Of a DNA stretch of 64,000 bases, positions 1-12,500 are shown in pieces (the first letter of the stretch is position 1; each line of letters starts with the position of its first letter). The DNA is from Klebsormidium nitens (taxonomy: Eukaryota; Plantae; Klebsormidiophyceae). The stretch is from positions 124,001 to 188,000 of the forward strand of contig DF236997.1 in NCBI GenBank assembly GCA_000708835.1. The letters run 5' to 3'. The position numbers were made by a program, and so were the translations under genes. Under the pieces are notes generated by a model, which did no database searches, was not told where the DNA came from, and was given only the letters and a program-made list of their open reading frames with translations.

Positions 1-12
1 TGGAAGACTGAC

Positions 13-1280
13 ATGAAGCTGCAGAAGTTGCATGAAACACTCCTCACGGCTTTGGCAAAACAACCAGGCAATGAGAGGTGTGCTGACTGCGGCGGCCGAT
101 TCACAAGGTTCGCTTCCATATCATTAGGGGTGTTCTTATGTAACAGGTGTTATGGTCTGCATCGAAAAGTAGGTGCACATGTGACCAGGACAAAATGCAT
201 AGGCCTGGATGCGTGGTCACCAGAGGAAGTAGAGAAAATGAAACGAATAGGAAATGTTCGGGCCAACGCTCACTGGGAAGGTATGTCGCACCATCAAACT
301 TGTTTATTGAAGCCGCTTGATTGTTGACGAAAGTGTGTGCAGCCATCAAGATAAGTTGGTAGGAAAAATGTTGTAGTCGTATGCCATTGCCTTTTGGTTG
401 GCCCTTTCCTTTGCATCACCACAGTGTTCTGTCTCCGCAGCAAATAGACTGGGTTCTTTCATTATGGAGTCAAGAAGCTACAATAGTTTCCTTGATAAGA
501 GCATCACCTGATGCCGTATCGGCTTCAGCTTGCCATGTTGAGGTGTTGCAATTTGCCGTAGTTGCTTTTGATTGCTGCTACTATGTCAATCCAGGCAACA
601 TACCGACCGGATGGCAGAAGGTTCGACCAGACTCGTCCGATGAGGCTGTGGAGGCTTGGATCCGGAAGAAGTACGAGCACAGACTATTTGTCAATGCTTC
701 GAAGGACCAAGCATCGGTATATGTGCAGGGAGCGATTCCCATCGTGGGAATAGGGCAAGGTAGGTCGTCTTCTTTTGGGGCCTTCCAGCTACCCAAAGGC
801 AGAGGCGAATTCTTCAGAATCGAGCTTGCAAACTCTAGTATCTCTGTTTTCACTTTCTAGAACGCTGCTCTGTGGAGCTTATGAAGCAATCAACAAGGCA
901 GCATGATACCCTTATGTATTCATGTGAGGAGGGTTGACTTCTCAGATTCTTCAGTTAGAACTGCTTTGGGGGACCGAGAGAACTTTCATCGAACGACCGC
1001 TCTTTTCACAACAGAAAGATCACCAATCCCTCCCTCAAGTGCGCGAAAGGGCTCCGAAATTGGAGACGTGGGATCGCAGACAACAGTGGACGATAGCTTT
1101 GCTTTGGCCCCAAAGTACAAAAGCCGGGCGGTGGATCTCAATATACCGTCACTGAGTTCGGAATTGCCGAAGATACGAACTAATCACATGGTTTCTGCTG
1201 ATGAACATAAGATAGACCCTTTTGCCGACCTTGAAGAACAATTTGGGGAATTTCAAAGTGCTCACAAATCGTGCACATGA
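13..1280 (+). CDS. ArfGAP-domain protein (small, SMAP/AGFG-like), 3 exons, ~255 aa
   Basis: Exons 13-280, 595-759, 946-1280 with GT-AG introns and consistent phases. C4 zinc finger CADC-x16-CNRC, catalytic Arg in GLHRKVG, and the domain end WIRKKYE. The tail carries DPF and FGEF motifs. An additional exon upstream of the window cannot be excluded. Confidence 0.88.
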
Positions 1281-2259
1281 AGGTGGATCGCCTGAGGATT
1301 ATATGCTCCACATACCTGTGCCAATCTGATCTGGTCAGAAAAATTGGAGTGGTCTATTGCATTCGATTTTCTAGGTCAAACGAGCTAGGCGTCACTGCGA
1401 TCCAGATACTAGAACAATTTGTCACTTGTCTTCAGAGATCAGGTAAGGACTGCCACGTTGGTCAAACCGAAATCAGGCTCTGTACACCGCACAACTGGTA
1501 TAGGTAGGCCGCAGGAGACCGCAATGTAACTGGATGCGCCCAAAACCTGTGTCATAAGTACATTCGACCTACGCTTGAAAATGCTACATATGCTGCAGGG
1601 ACCCTTGGACTGATTGTCAATGCTTTGCAAAATGGATGGTTCGTAAGGCGTGCTATACTGTTGAGTAAGTTTGACTGCGGAGCACTCCAACGCACCTTGG
1701 TTGTGCATGTCTGATAACGTAGCTTCGAGATGGTATGTCAAGTAGAATTGTTTCCAATCACTGAGCTGCGCGCAACAAGTATCAACAACAAGTATCAATC
1801 ATCTACAATACACGCTAAACGAAAAGTGCAGGCATGAATTCGAAGCTCTAGCTCTGGCATGTCACTGCGATTTGAGACTGCATGTGCATATGATTCTTTT
1901 CAGTCGATCCTCCCCGCACACATGCATGCATGCATGTTCATGCAGCCGGACATGGTCTTTTCTATGCAATCAGTCCCTTACATTGCCCACATATATCTAC
2001 ATCTCGGTTTGTCATAACCTACGTTGCGGAATTCAATTATATGCAATTGCACTGCGCACATGGTAGATACAGATCCATACAAAAGCTTCAAACAACTATC
2101 GTCGTCACTTCTCGGCGACTGCAAGCGACCGAGGCCACACATACATTTGAAAGCCGCAATGAACCTCGATCAATTATACTGCACGAGGAGATATGCAAGA
2201 AAGTTGCTGACACGAACAGAAGCATTTGATTTGACTTGATTGTCAAGGTGCCCAAGTTG

Positions 2260-2305
2260 ATGATGTATATACATTTAGAGCAATGATGTATATACATTTA
2301 GAGCA
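2260..2305. repeat. Perfect 23-bp tandem duplication (atgatgtatatacatttagagca x2)
   Basis: Read directly: 2260-2282 and 2283-2305 are identical, followed by a partial third copy. Confidence 0.9.
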
Positions 2306-3026
2306 TTGATGTAACTACGGAGCTTGAAGTATTCCTGAAGCAGACTATCCGCTTTGCCATCACCTTATCTCACCTACATTCTAATCGAAGAGAGCCGTTC
2401 ATTTCAAACGTGATTACGTGACTAACTCTCGTCAGAAGTTTGTTGCCCAAATGAAGCTCCGTATGAACAATCGAAACTGGGCTTCACTGCTACCGTACCT
2501 AACAACCATACTCACAGAATCGAGGGAGCCTGATTTTCAGTGGGCATCCTGCAGAAAGCGGCCGATTGACTCTCATGCATCGGCCAAAATTTGCGCAAGA
2601 AAAGTGGAACAAAAAGTCGTGGCAGATAATTGACAGCCTGGAAATCTTGACATGGGCGTTTCATGGAACGAATCAGATCTGGAAAGGACGGGAAACTGCA
2701 AACACGAAACTTTGCACCAAAGAAAACGAGCCGTTGTCGACCTTCCAGAGTTGGAACTTTTTGGTTGGTGACATGTGCCAAAAGCATCGACCCGTGCGTG
2801 TGACCAACTGGCAGGTGAGAACCGTCAAGGGAAGACTTTTACCGTAATACGACAAGAACGCTGAGCAACAATCCCCGACAATGGGTGCTTCACAAGAACA
2901 CTTCAAAGCCAACGGTTAATGCAGGAAAACGGCGTTGTCGACGACGGCTTCTAGTGCGGTACAAGAAAGCTCGGTTTCATTTCTGAACATTCGGATTAAG
3001 ATCAGATTTCATGGAGCTCAACTTAC

Positions 3027-5343
3027 TTGTGATCTTGTGGCTGGGGTGTCACCTCGTAGACGACGTTCACGACCTTGTCCCGTTGCAGCTGCAAGAATCG
3101 TTGCGGACCTTTTACGACATGGCATTTGCCTCTCAAGAGTGGTATGATAAGTGAGAGCTTCAGTATCTGCGGCATCTCTTCATCTCTTAATACAAAACAA
3201 TCAGATCATCAGCGGTTCTCTTTATGACAAACATCGTTTCATTCTGTTGCAATTTCAGAGTTTCTCGGTTCGACTAGACTGAAAAAGGTGGGCCTTCTAA
3301 AGACCAAGTATACAATCCTTGCCCTTTGGCAGTTTGTCCCTTGTGATGTGCGGTCAATCTGTGAGATTACAAGTAAGCTTTTGGCAACAATTAAGTTACA
3401 AACGCGACTTACCTGTGTCGCTTCGCCCTTGAGACCGATGAAGTGTACTCGAGTCTGATCCCCGGATATGCTGGCCGGAAAGTGAAGAATGAGCGTTGAG
3501 ACACCTTGAAACCGGGCAAATCTGTCACAGACAGAGAATCATCTCGTGATTGAGGTGGTACTTGGGAGCGCCTGTAGAATGTACAAGGCTGAAGTAAAGA
3601 GGGATTGATGCAAGGCGATGCTACCACGAAGGAAAGAAGCCTCAACGATTGGGATCGGTACCGCTTCAGTCTCGAAGTACATTCTGAAGAAGTAGAGAAA
3701 GCACACCTTGTCTGATATTCCAGCTCGCCATTCACGTTCTCTGCTAGTTCCCATTCCTGCATAAATCGATGGTGTAAAAGTTGGTCCTATGTAATACAAA
3801 GGGTCTAAGCATTGGGTCTAAGATTATCTTTCGAAGAGCGAAAGAAGGCTGACAATGAAAAGAGAAAAAGCTGGCGAGTATGGATAGCTGATCAAAATTC
3901 CTGCGGGCCAATCACCTGGAGATCACCTTTTCATTTACCGCCTGTCTTGGATCTGAACAAGCGGCTTGCAGTGAGAAAAGTTACACCTTACCAGTGAATA
4001 AAACAGAGTATTCTGACCTGGACAGGCGTGAGGTCATTGACATTGGAGAAGTCGATGTCTTCTCGATTGGTGAACCTGCATATATGTGCAACATGACGAA
4101 AGGTCTCATGTTTAGTCACAAGCACAAGTGACAAAGGTTTCTGATCAGTTAGCGTGTGGTGCACTTTGTCCGGGTACGACTTGTTCGAAGGACCCCACTT
4201 TCTCTCGACTGAAGTGATTTTGCATTTGAAGGACAGACCATGTCACAGCGCAATAGATGAAAGGATTTGAAAACATCTCACGTTACTGCATAACATAACA
4301 GACAATGATGAGCCGCTGGTGTAGTACTTACGCACGCATCCTTGTCGGCGACGTACCATCTGCCCCACCAATAATGCAAATGCCCTTCAATTTGATGTCA
4401 GATATGAACCTGTCGAGCGAGGCAGCCACGTTGACAAGCAATTAGACTGGTGAGAAAGCTGGTGAGAGTATAACGGAATGATCATTCCGGTATCTAGAAA
4501 CTGGCGGAACACGCTGCTGATAGTCGTGCTGCCAACAAGGTACCTGGCACCCTGACAAAACCCGCAAAACTTGATCCTAAGATGCAATTGTTTTACCTCT
4601 GCCGAAGAAACAGCTTTTTCGTTGATACTTCTCACAGTGTGCGGTCTTTCCTATCCTACCTTCAGAGTTACACCTTAGTTTTGCAGACTGTCCTTTGAGA
4701 CTGGATAGAGGCTCAGAAACTCACGGAATGACAACAAGCAGCTCTGGATCTTCCGGGTTACTTTCGAGGATTGTTCCAAAGTCCAGTCTCTGATCCCAGG
4801 GTTTCAGAACCGTCTTCACGGATCCTTCCGTTTGTTCGTTCAAAGCTCGCACCTGAGAAGCATAGAGAAGACTTGTTTGTTTGCTTGGCACTACTAGCCT
4901 GAAATTAAGGCTTCTGGCTACTACACTTTGGCACTCCGTCCACAGCATTGCACAGCTTGCCATACTTCTTGAGTCTCTAAAGGAAGGTTGGAAAATCATA
5001 TTTGAAGCTGCATGATGCTTGAACGAAGACAACAGCATGTCGGTTGGGACAGCCATAAATAACATTGTTTTCTGCCATTGACATGAGGTTATGGAAGCCT
5101 GTGCCTCGATCCAGCACCTCAATTCCCCAAAACTCATCAGCAAAGAAGTCATGATTCCGCAGCGAAATGCTCAATTCAGCAAAGGATGTGTTCAATGCAG
5201 GAAGGGCAAAAGGATTCAGAACTCAATCAGCTTACACAGACTTCACACAAGGTGCTCACCTTCGGTAAGTCCACATTCTTGTACAAAGACCAATCTGCTG
5301 CACAATTGCTGTCCTCGCAGTCATGATTATGTGCACATGCCAT
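3027..5343 (-). CDS. PITHD1: PITH domain-containing protein (PITHD1-like); 7 exons resolved, terminal exon unresolved (3' partial)
   Basis: Minus-strand exons 5343-5260, 4852-4725, 4409-4332, 4075-4018, 3756-3707, 3521-3413, 3088-3027, all GT-AG and in phase. They give MACAHNHDCEDSNCAADWSLYKNVDLPKVRALNE...DPELLVVIPF.SDIKLK...GTSPTRMRAFTNREDIDF...EWELAEN...LEYQTR...FIGLKGEAT...VYEVTPQPQDH, colinear with plant PITH1 proteins as I recall them. An acceptor at 5367-5365 suggests a 5'UTR intron. Confidence 0.92.
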
Positions 5344-6509
5344 GGAGACGAGCAAAAGGAAGTACTGCGAAAAAAGGATTGGGGAGTGCTGGTCTGCGGG
5401 TAGTCTTTAGCTCTAAAGCTTCTGAACGGGTAAAGGATTTTCAAGGAATCATCAGATGACTGGTCAGAACTACATTCTGTTACAAGCTAGGGAATGGTGG
5501 TTGGAATCTGGAGCCACTGAGAAGGATGAAGAGAACGGAGATTCTTTGCGCCGCTATGATTATGTAGCCTTAGGATTGATCTCCTTCGAATTCTGAACTG
5601 CTGCAGAGCTGCGCGCAAATGTGCATTGTTAAAGTGCACTGATTCAATTTCAGCAGTACCTAGGTATCCAGGAGGGACGTGATTTGCCAGTGCGATTGCA
5701 CTTGGTGCCAACTGGCGTAAACGCCCAAAAAGTGCTTTAAATTGGTCAAAATGAGATCCTTTCGTCCAAAATCCATCCAAGAGTGGCGAAGAGGAATGAG
5801 CACGTGGCAACTTCAAACTTATCCGCCGCTTCCAAACATCGCACAAGCGAAACGTAATGAACAGATCATAGCATGACTTTACGTTACAATCCCTACTCCC
5901 CGACTCGAACGAACAGTGTCCTCTGATGGACCCAGAGCGGAAATTAGCGAACTTCCAGACCACAAAATGACCATCCCCAGGTTGCAGTAAGCGATGACGT
6001 CGACTCGCACATTATTAGGAGCTGCACTGGCGGCGAGAGAAGCAGCGGCAGAGAAAGAGAGGACAAGCTTTGGCGACAGCAATTTCAGAGTCGAGAAAAA
6101 GAAGAGGAGCTAGGCTAAACAAGGAAGCGGAAGATAGCGGCGAAGAGTGAGGAAAGTGCAGGAGATACGAGCTTGAGTTGTCACTGCAGCTTGCAGCAGG
6201 CCTGGAGCTAGCTTGGGACGGGGACCTTTACAGGGAAATGTTAGATATCAGCTGTTCAAGGAGCTGCTGTGGCTGTGGTTGCAAACCAGCCGAGTGGAAG
6301 TTATCCAGCTTTTCTTGAGTTGTTTGCTTTGACTCTGACCTGATGCAGAGTGGCAAAGTGGTCTCTGGAGCACGCTGTACAAAGTGAAAAGGGAAGGAGA
6401 GGTCTTATCGGGCAATGCTCCTTTTCCAAGGGCATGAAAATCAGTCTAGTGCTTTGCAACCTGTGGTAACAGCTACATTCTGAAGTTGTAGCATTACACC
6501 AACGCTAGA

Positions 6510-9500
6510 ATGGCTGCCCGCTATGTTGGGGATAAAGGAGGCATCCCTGTGGTGAATGGCACAGGAAAGAACAGCGCAGAGTTCAGCGATGACGGGGGAA
6601 GCAAGCGAAGCTCGGGGTCAACGAATCTTCCTCGAATCTCTCATGACTTGAAGGATGCTCTCTCCACGTTCAAGCATACTTTTGTGGTTGCTGATGCGAC
6701 CAAGGATATGGCCATAATGTACGCAAGTGCGGGCTTCTATGAGATGACGCAATATGGACCAGAGGATGTCATTGGCAAAAATTGGTGAGAGGCTTCTGCA
6801 TTGCTTAAGTATGTGACTCTCTTCTCGGTTCCTGCACAGTCTGTTTGAAGCTTGTTGAGTTACTTGCATACAGCATGGTAAACCTGTGTGCATTTAGGAC
6901 CCCCGTCATTTGAGGTAGGACAACAATCGGTGGTAGCAAAGTTGTATGGGTGGTCTTGCTAGTCACAGGCTGAGGCTGAGAGCTAGGGCCTGGCAAGAGT
7001 TTCTAGCCTGCTTCTTTGTTCAGCACACCTCAAGTCTGCGTCTGAGAGGTGTCTTGAGCAGCTAGACATTGGGACGTCAGCTTTCTGATTAGTTTGGGGC
7101 AACTGAGTTCAAGGCTGCCTTGGCCTGGGACTTTTGCTTCAACACCTAAGTGGTGATTGAAGGCTTGGTTTTGCTTAGGGTTAGCAGTTCTACTGTCATG
7201 TCCAAAGAAACACCCCCTCAAAGTCAGGGAATTTCGCAGACACCAGCCACCAAGACATGATGCACCGTTTTCTATTGGGCACCTTGGGTCAGCATTGTTA
7301 GGAGATTGGTTCTTCCTTGGACTTGTGTAAGGCTTGAGCTTCGTGGTCCAAGCAAAATTGGTTAGAGGAGCTCACAGGCTGCGCCACAGACTCGTCTTGT
7401 GGGCAATCACCTCCCCTTCCAGACGAGCTCAGCATTGGTTTTTGTCAAATCAGCAAGATGGTATTCTGCAGCCAAGTGCAGCTGTAATGCCATAAGGTGC
7501 TTGCTAAGCATTATTGGGATGTCTGTAGAGTTGTTGAGCAGCCTGTTTGGTGCTCTTCTAGAAAGAGCAAGATTCTCGTCTAGAAAGAGTCTAGCAGAAT
7601 ACACTCATGTGCTATGGGGGCCTCCTCGTTGCTTCATTTGCTGCCGTTATAGAATTCGGGGTCTCCATTGTTGCTTTGGTGAAAATCTTGAAGAATGATG
7701 TTCCTTAGCCCTGACATTGGAGGGCCGGTGCTTTTCAAAGTTGGCGATTGGAAGGCCTCCGCTTCGTAGAGGACTATTCTGTGCCGATGGTTCATAGCAT
7801 AGGTGCCACAATCTAATTTTGGCACAAAGTTTGGCAGCTGAACGCCTTAGTGCCATTTTGCAGCCGCTTTCTCCAAGGTCCAGGCACAGACACGGAGGAG
7901 GTCGCCAGAATTCGGAGGGCCATCAAAAACGGGGAGAGCCATTGCGGACGGCTGCTCAATTACAAGAAGGACGGCACCCCCTTCTGGAACCTGCTAACCC
8001 TAGCTCCAATCAAGAATGAGCAGGGAGCTGTTGTGAAATTCATTGGGTGAGCGCCTGCCCTGCTTAGCGGTTATCAAGGTGGACGTTTCAGATGCCATCG
8101 AAAACAATGGAAACAAGTGCTGCGCTTTTTCAACTTGCTAATCTGATTGAAGAGTTGCTTGAGGAGTTTCAATCCTGCTCTGGGGCTGAAATGCAATCTT
8201 TTTGTGCTCAGGATGCAAGTGGAGGTAACTCAGTTCACTGAGGGCGAGCTGGAGAAGGCAATGCGGCCAAACGGGCTGTCAACGTCCCTCATCAAGTACG
8301 ACTGTGAGTCACCCGTCACCCTGACTTTGCCTGCAAACTGCTGAAGCAACCGCCAGCTCACCGAGATTTCAGTTGGGACTCGGTCCCAATGCTTTGTAAA
8401 AGCTCAAGCTTCTGGCTGCGGTTCGCTGATGTCACCCCCGGTCCTCCCTTCCAGCCCGCCAAAAGCAGGGCGCCACGGAGTCGGTCCTCGACATTGTGGA
8501 CGCTGTGAAGAATCCCAAGAAGTTGCCCGCGGAGGGGGCACCTAAGCCGTTCCAGCCAGGGGCGGGCCTGGCCAGCCTCCTGGCAGCACTGCCCCAGGGA
8601 GCAGCGCCGCCGACGGCAGCAGGGAATGATGACCTCTCCACTCTATACGAGGATGGAGGCGGTCTTGCTGACAGGAGGGAGGGCGCCGGGAAACGGCGGA
8701 CGTCGGGCTTTCTCAACTTGCTCAAGGCGGGGGGAAAGCCGCAGCAGGAGCAGTCCTGTGAGTGCAACTCTTGCGGCTGTGTACAATTTTTCTGCTTTGA
8801 AGGAGAATGGATATAACACCAGAAGCTTCCCATGCCTATCTTCGCAAGCGAAGCTGGAGCAGTTAGGAGTGATAGTTGGAACCATTGATGCTGTTTGTGT
8901 GACCTATGTTGTAATGGGCCTCTAGTTGTTGACCATTATATCATGCACTTGTTACAGGCTAGCGCTAATAGTCATCAGCGGAGCATGTTCCTCACTCTTA
9001 TCTTGTCTAATCAATGCAAGGTAGAGATGGGTGAAGAAGAGCGGAGGCGCCTCAATTGGCAGCAAAGGAAAGCCATCCTGAAATGCAGCATCCATTAGAA
9101 GAACGCCAGACCGACAAGCAGAGTGCACATCAGATATTCTTGTTTCTGTTGGCATCTGATCGACCAGCCTCCGCAGCTTCTCCTCATTTCAAACGATTCA
9201 ATGCTGTGGTTTTATCTTGTTCGCTGATTGCCCGCACTCTCCTTCCCCTGCAGCGATTGCGGCGCTCACTCAGCCGCAGTCTCTGTCACTCAATGCTGGA
9301 CTGCAGCCCACTCAGGGCATCACTCCTGACGGACAGGGCCCGCTCACATTTGACGAGGACCGGGCCGCGGAGGAAAGGAAGGGGCTCGACCTGGCCACTA
9401 CACTCGAGCGTATCCAGAAAAACTTCGTCATCACTGACCCGCGCCTGCCGGATAACCCCATTGTAAGTGCGGAGCACTTTGTCTGTAGCACACTCTGCAA

Positions 9501-12500
9501 GTTTCTGTAGCAACTTTCAACAAAGTGTGGACATAGGGAGACCAGAGAGAGGTCTTAGAGAGACCAGAGAGAGGTCTCAGTATCGTATGGGCAAGGAACG
9601 TGTGGCGGCACGATTATGTTCGAGGGGGATATGCGGCGCACATTGCAGTAGCCATTTGCAGACATATCCTGTTGCTTTCTCTCACCGAAGTTTTCAGACG
9701 AGCAAGGGGAGTGTGATAGGTTCAGCAAGCCATACTTGATCCTGCATCCAATGAGCAGGATTTGTGTAACATTGTCACAGCGCTTGCTTCTCTGGCAGAC
9801 TAAGTTGCTTCTGGTGTCTTTGCACCCTCCCTTCCTGTTCCTGTCTTTTACCAGATGCCAAGCCCTGGCTGCTGCAAAGACATCACGATTGAGCAGACGC
9901 TGACGTTCAAGTCAATGTCTTTGTTGATCCTTCTTTGTCCCCTGCTGCAGATCTTCGCCTCTGACGACTTCCTGACGCTGACAGAGTACTCAAGAGAAGA
10001 GATCCTGGGGCGCAATTGCCGGTTTCTTCAGGGGGCGGAGACTGATCAAAAGACGGTAGATGAAATTCGGGCGGCTATCAAGGAGGAGCGCGATGTCACG
10101 GTACAGCTGCTCAACTACAAGAAGAGCGGGGTGCCCTTCTGGAACATGTTCCACCTGCAGCCAGTCCGTGACAAGAGGGTGAGCCCCCACACCGCAGCAC
10201 AGCGGACTTTTCTGTGTTCGACCACCGCTCTCAGGCCCTTGGAAGGATTGTCTGTGAGATTTTAGCCTTCGTGTGACGTGGTTCTCTACACAGATTGTCA
10301 GCAGGCGCTTCATTGATAACCTTCCCAGGTGCTGCTCTTCCCCTGTAGTCCCCAGGGCCACTGCTCTTGAAGCGGATGTTTGGAACAGACTCATTTGCAA
10401 CCAGCAGCTTTCCTTCCTTCTTTGCACCGCTCATAGACATGCCCTCTGTTGTTTCTACAGGGCGAGCTGCAGTACTTCATTGGAGTGCAGCTTGACGCCA
10501 GTGCGTGGGACTCCATGGGCGACCAGGCGCCCCAAGCGCCCCCCCAGACCAAGGAAACACAGAAGAGCATTGTAAGTCTTGCGTAGTTTCTGATGCTCCT
10601 AGAACAAGGAATAGCCTCAAATCCAGCAAGAATATGCAGTTGGATCCAGATTGTAAACATGGAAAGGGTTGATCGCGTCTGACGACTTCCTGGTGACGAC
10701 CGTACAGGTGAAGGACTCTGCTCTGGAGGCTGCCGCGGCTGTCCAGGAGCTCCCAGATCCAGGCCAGGTGGGTTGCAGAGACCATGGTATCGTTGGACTT
10801 GAGCCAGTCGGGTTTGGGGCTCTTGCCACATATGACCCTGCTGAGCTACCTACGAGACTCTTCTTCTCCTTATGAGGTTGAGGTATTTTGTATCATCTGT
10901 CCAGCAGTTAGTGTCAATGTCAGCACGCTGCACAAGACGGTAGCACGAGGATGGTGCTGTCACTTTTGCTTGATGCTGGCGGCTGAGTCCTATGATCCGT
11001 CGTCTATGCAGAGACCCGAGGATGTCTGGGCTGGCCACAGCAAACCCGTGCTGACCAAGCCCCACAAGAGGGACGCCGAGGCCTGGAAGGTCATCAAGCA
11101 GGTGAGCAGTCGGGCGTCTTGTTGAGCTAGTCTATCCTAGGAGACGTGGACTTCCTTGGTATGTCTGTTTGGACAGACCTTTCAGGAGAAGCTCGCAGAC
11201 TTGTCTGACGACAAAGGTCCAGCCAAGCCTTGCAAACCCAGCAGAAGACATTGGTATCTGCATCGATTGGCTGTTTGAATTTTCTGAAAGTGCCGTCTTG
11301 CTGACGCTGGACGTTCATTTAGCCGTCAAATCCGGACAGGCAGTTGAACTTCGCTCCTCGCTCCATCAGCATGGTTTGCCCTCTCTCACCCGCTGTTTTC
11401 TGTGCGCCGCAGATCAAGCAGAAGGATGGTCGGTTGGGGCTGCGGCACTTCCGGCCCATCCGGCCGCTCGGTTCGGGGGACACGGGCAGCGTGCACCTGG
11501 TGGAGCTCAAGGGGACCAAGCACCTCTTCGCCATGAAGGCCATGGACAAGCAGGTCATGGTCAACAGGAACAAGGTGCGCACAACGGGCTGGCCTGCCCT
11601 CGACCTTTTCTCTTACCAACTTGCTGAAGCTTCGGCACTTGTTCATCAGCTACCTAGCCATTCTCTACTGGGGACCTGTCTTAGCCGATGGGCCATGAAT
11701 TACGGAACGCAAAACGTCGATTTGTGGACACGGCAGGGGCTTCAAGTTCTGGGGCTGAAGTCACGCGTTGTGGAACGACCAACAGATATGGCCAGACTGT
11801 TTGTGGGGCCCGTTGTCTGAACTTGAACGGTGCTCGGATGCAGGTCCACCGTGCCATCACGGAGAGGGACATCCTGTCAGCACTGGACCATCCCTTCCTG
11901 CCGACCCTCTATGCGTCCTTCCAGGTAAGCTAGCAACTTGCAAGCTGCAGAACTTTGAGGAAAGGCACATAATGTGTTTCTCAGGCTTTTGAGCTTCGAG
12001 GAAGCAGCCGCTGCGGAATAGGCGCTGAACGGTGATGTGCACTTAGTTCCCATGTTTAGTATCTATGGTATGCTGCTGCCTCTTGCCTTTGAGTTGTTTG
12101 CTGCCATGCCCCACATATAAGAACCTGCACTCTGCGCACAAGCAAGGCACTTGTCTCGGGGGTTGGAGCTGGGAGTTGCTAACATTGCTTTCAAAGCATG
12201 GTCCAGTCAAATCAGTGTTCTGACCACTCTTCAATGCTGTACGAGGTGCACGTAGATAATGGCACCCGTTGCTTTCTTGTACGCCGACAGGCTGAAGTTG
12301 TGGGTGCGCACTGAAGCTGATTGTTGTGCAATACTGCGTGTGCAGACTGCGACCCACGTGTGCCTGGTGACGGACTACTGCCCAGGCGGGGAGCTGTACT
12401 ACCTCTTGGAGCAGCAGCCGCAGAAACGGTTCTCGGAAGAAGTCGTCAGGTGAAGCACTCCGCCGGTGCTCCTCGTGTCCTGCCGTATGGAAGAAAGTTG

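Noticed and set aside
1921-1936. (CATG)4 resembling RY elements
   Set aside because: It lies between convergent 3' ends; most simply a microsatellite.
5801-5808. G-box/ABRE (CACGTGGC) between PITH and phototropin
   Set aside because: A single short motif is expected by chance in 64 kb; there is no clustering evidence.
5487-5963. 158-aa minus-strand ORF upstream of PITH
   Set aside because: Non-ATG start, no recognisable motif, and it stops before the PITH acceptor; probably leader or intron sequence.
6770-6788. Apparent truncated LOV1 lacking the photoactive Cys (ORF track reads GKNW*)
   Set aside because: Intron 1 splits the codon (TG|gt...ag|C), restoring NCRFLQG.
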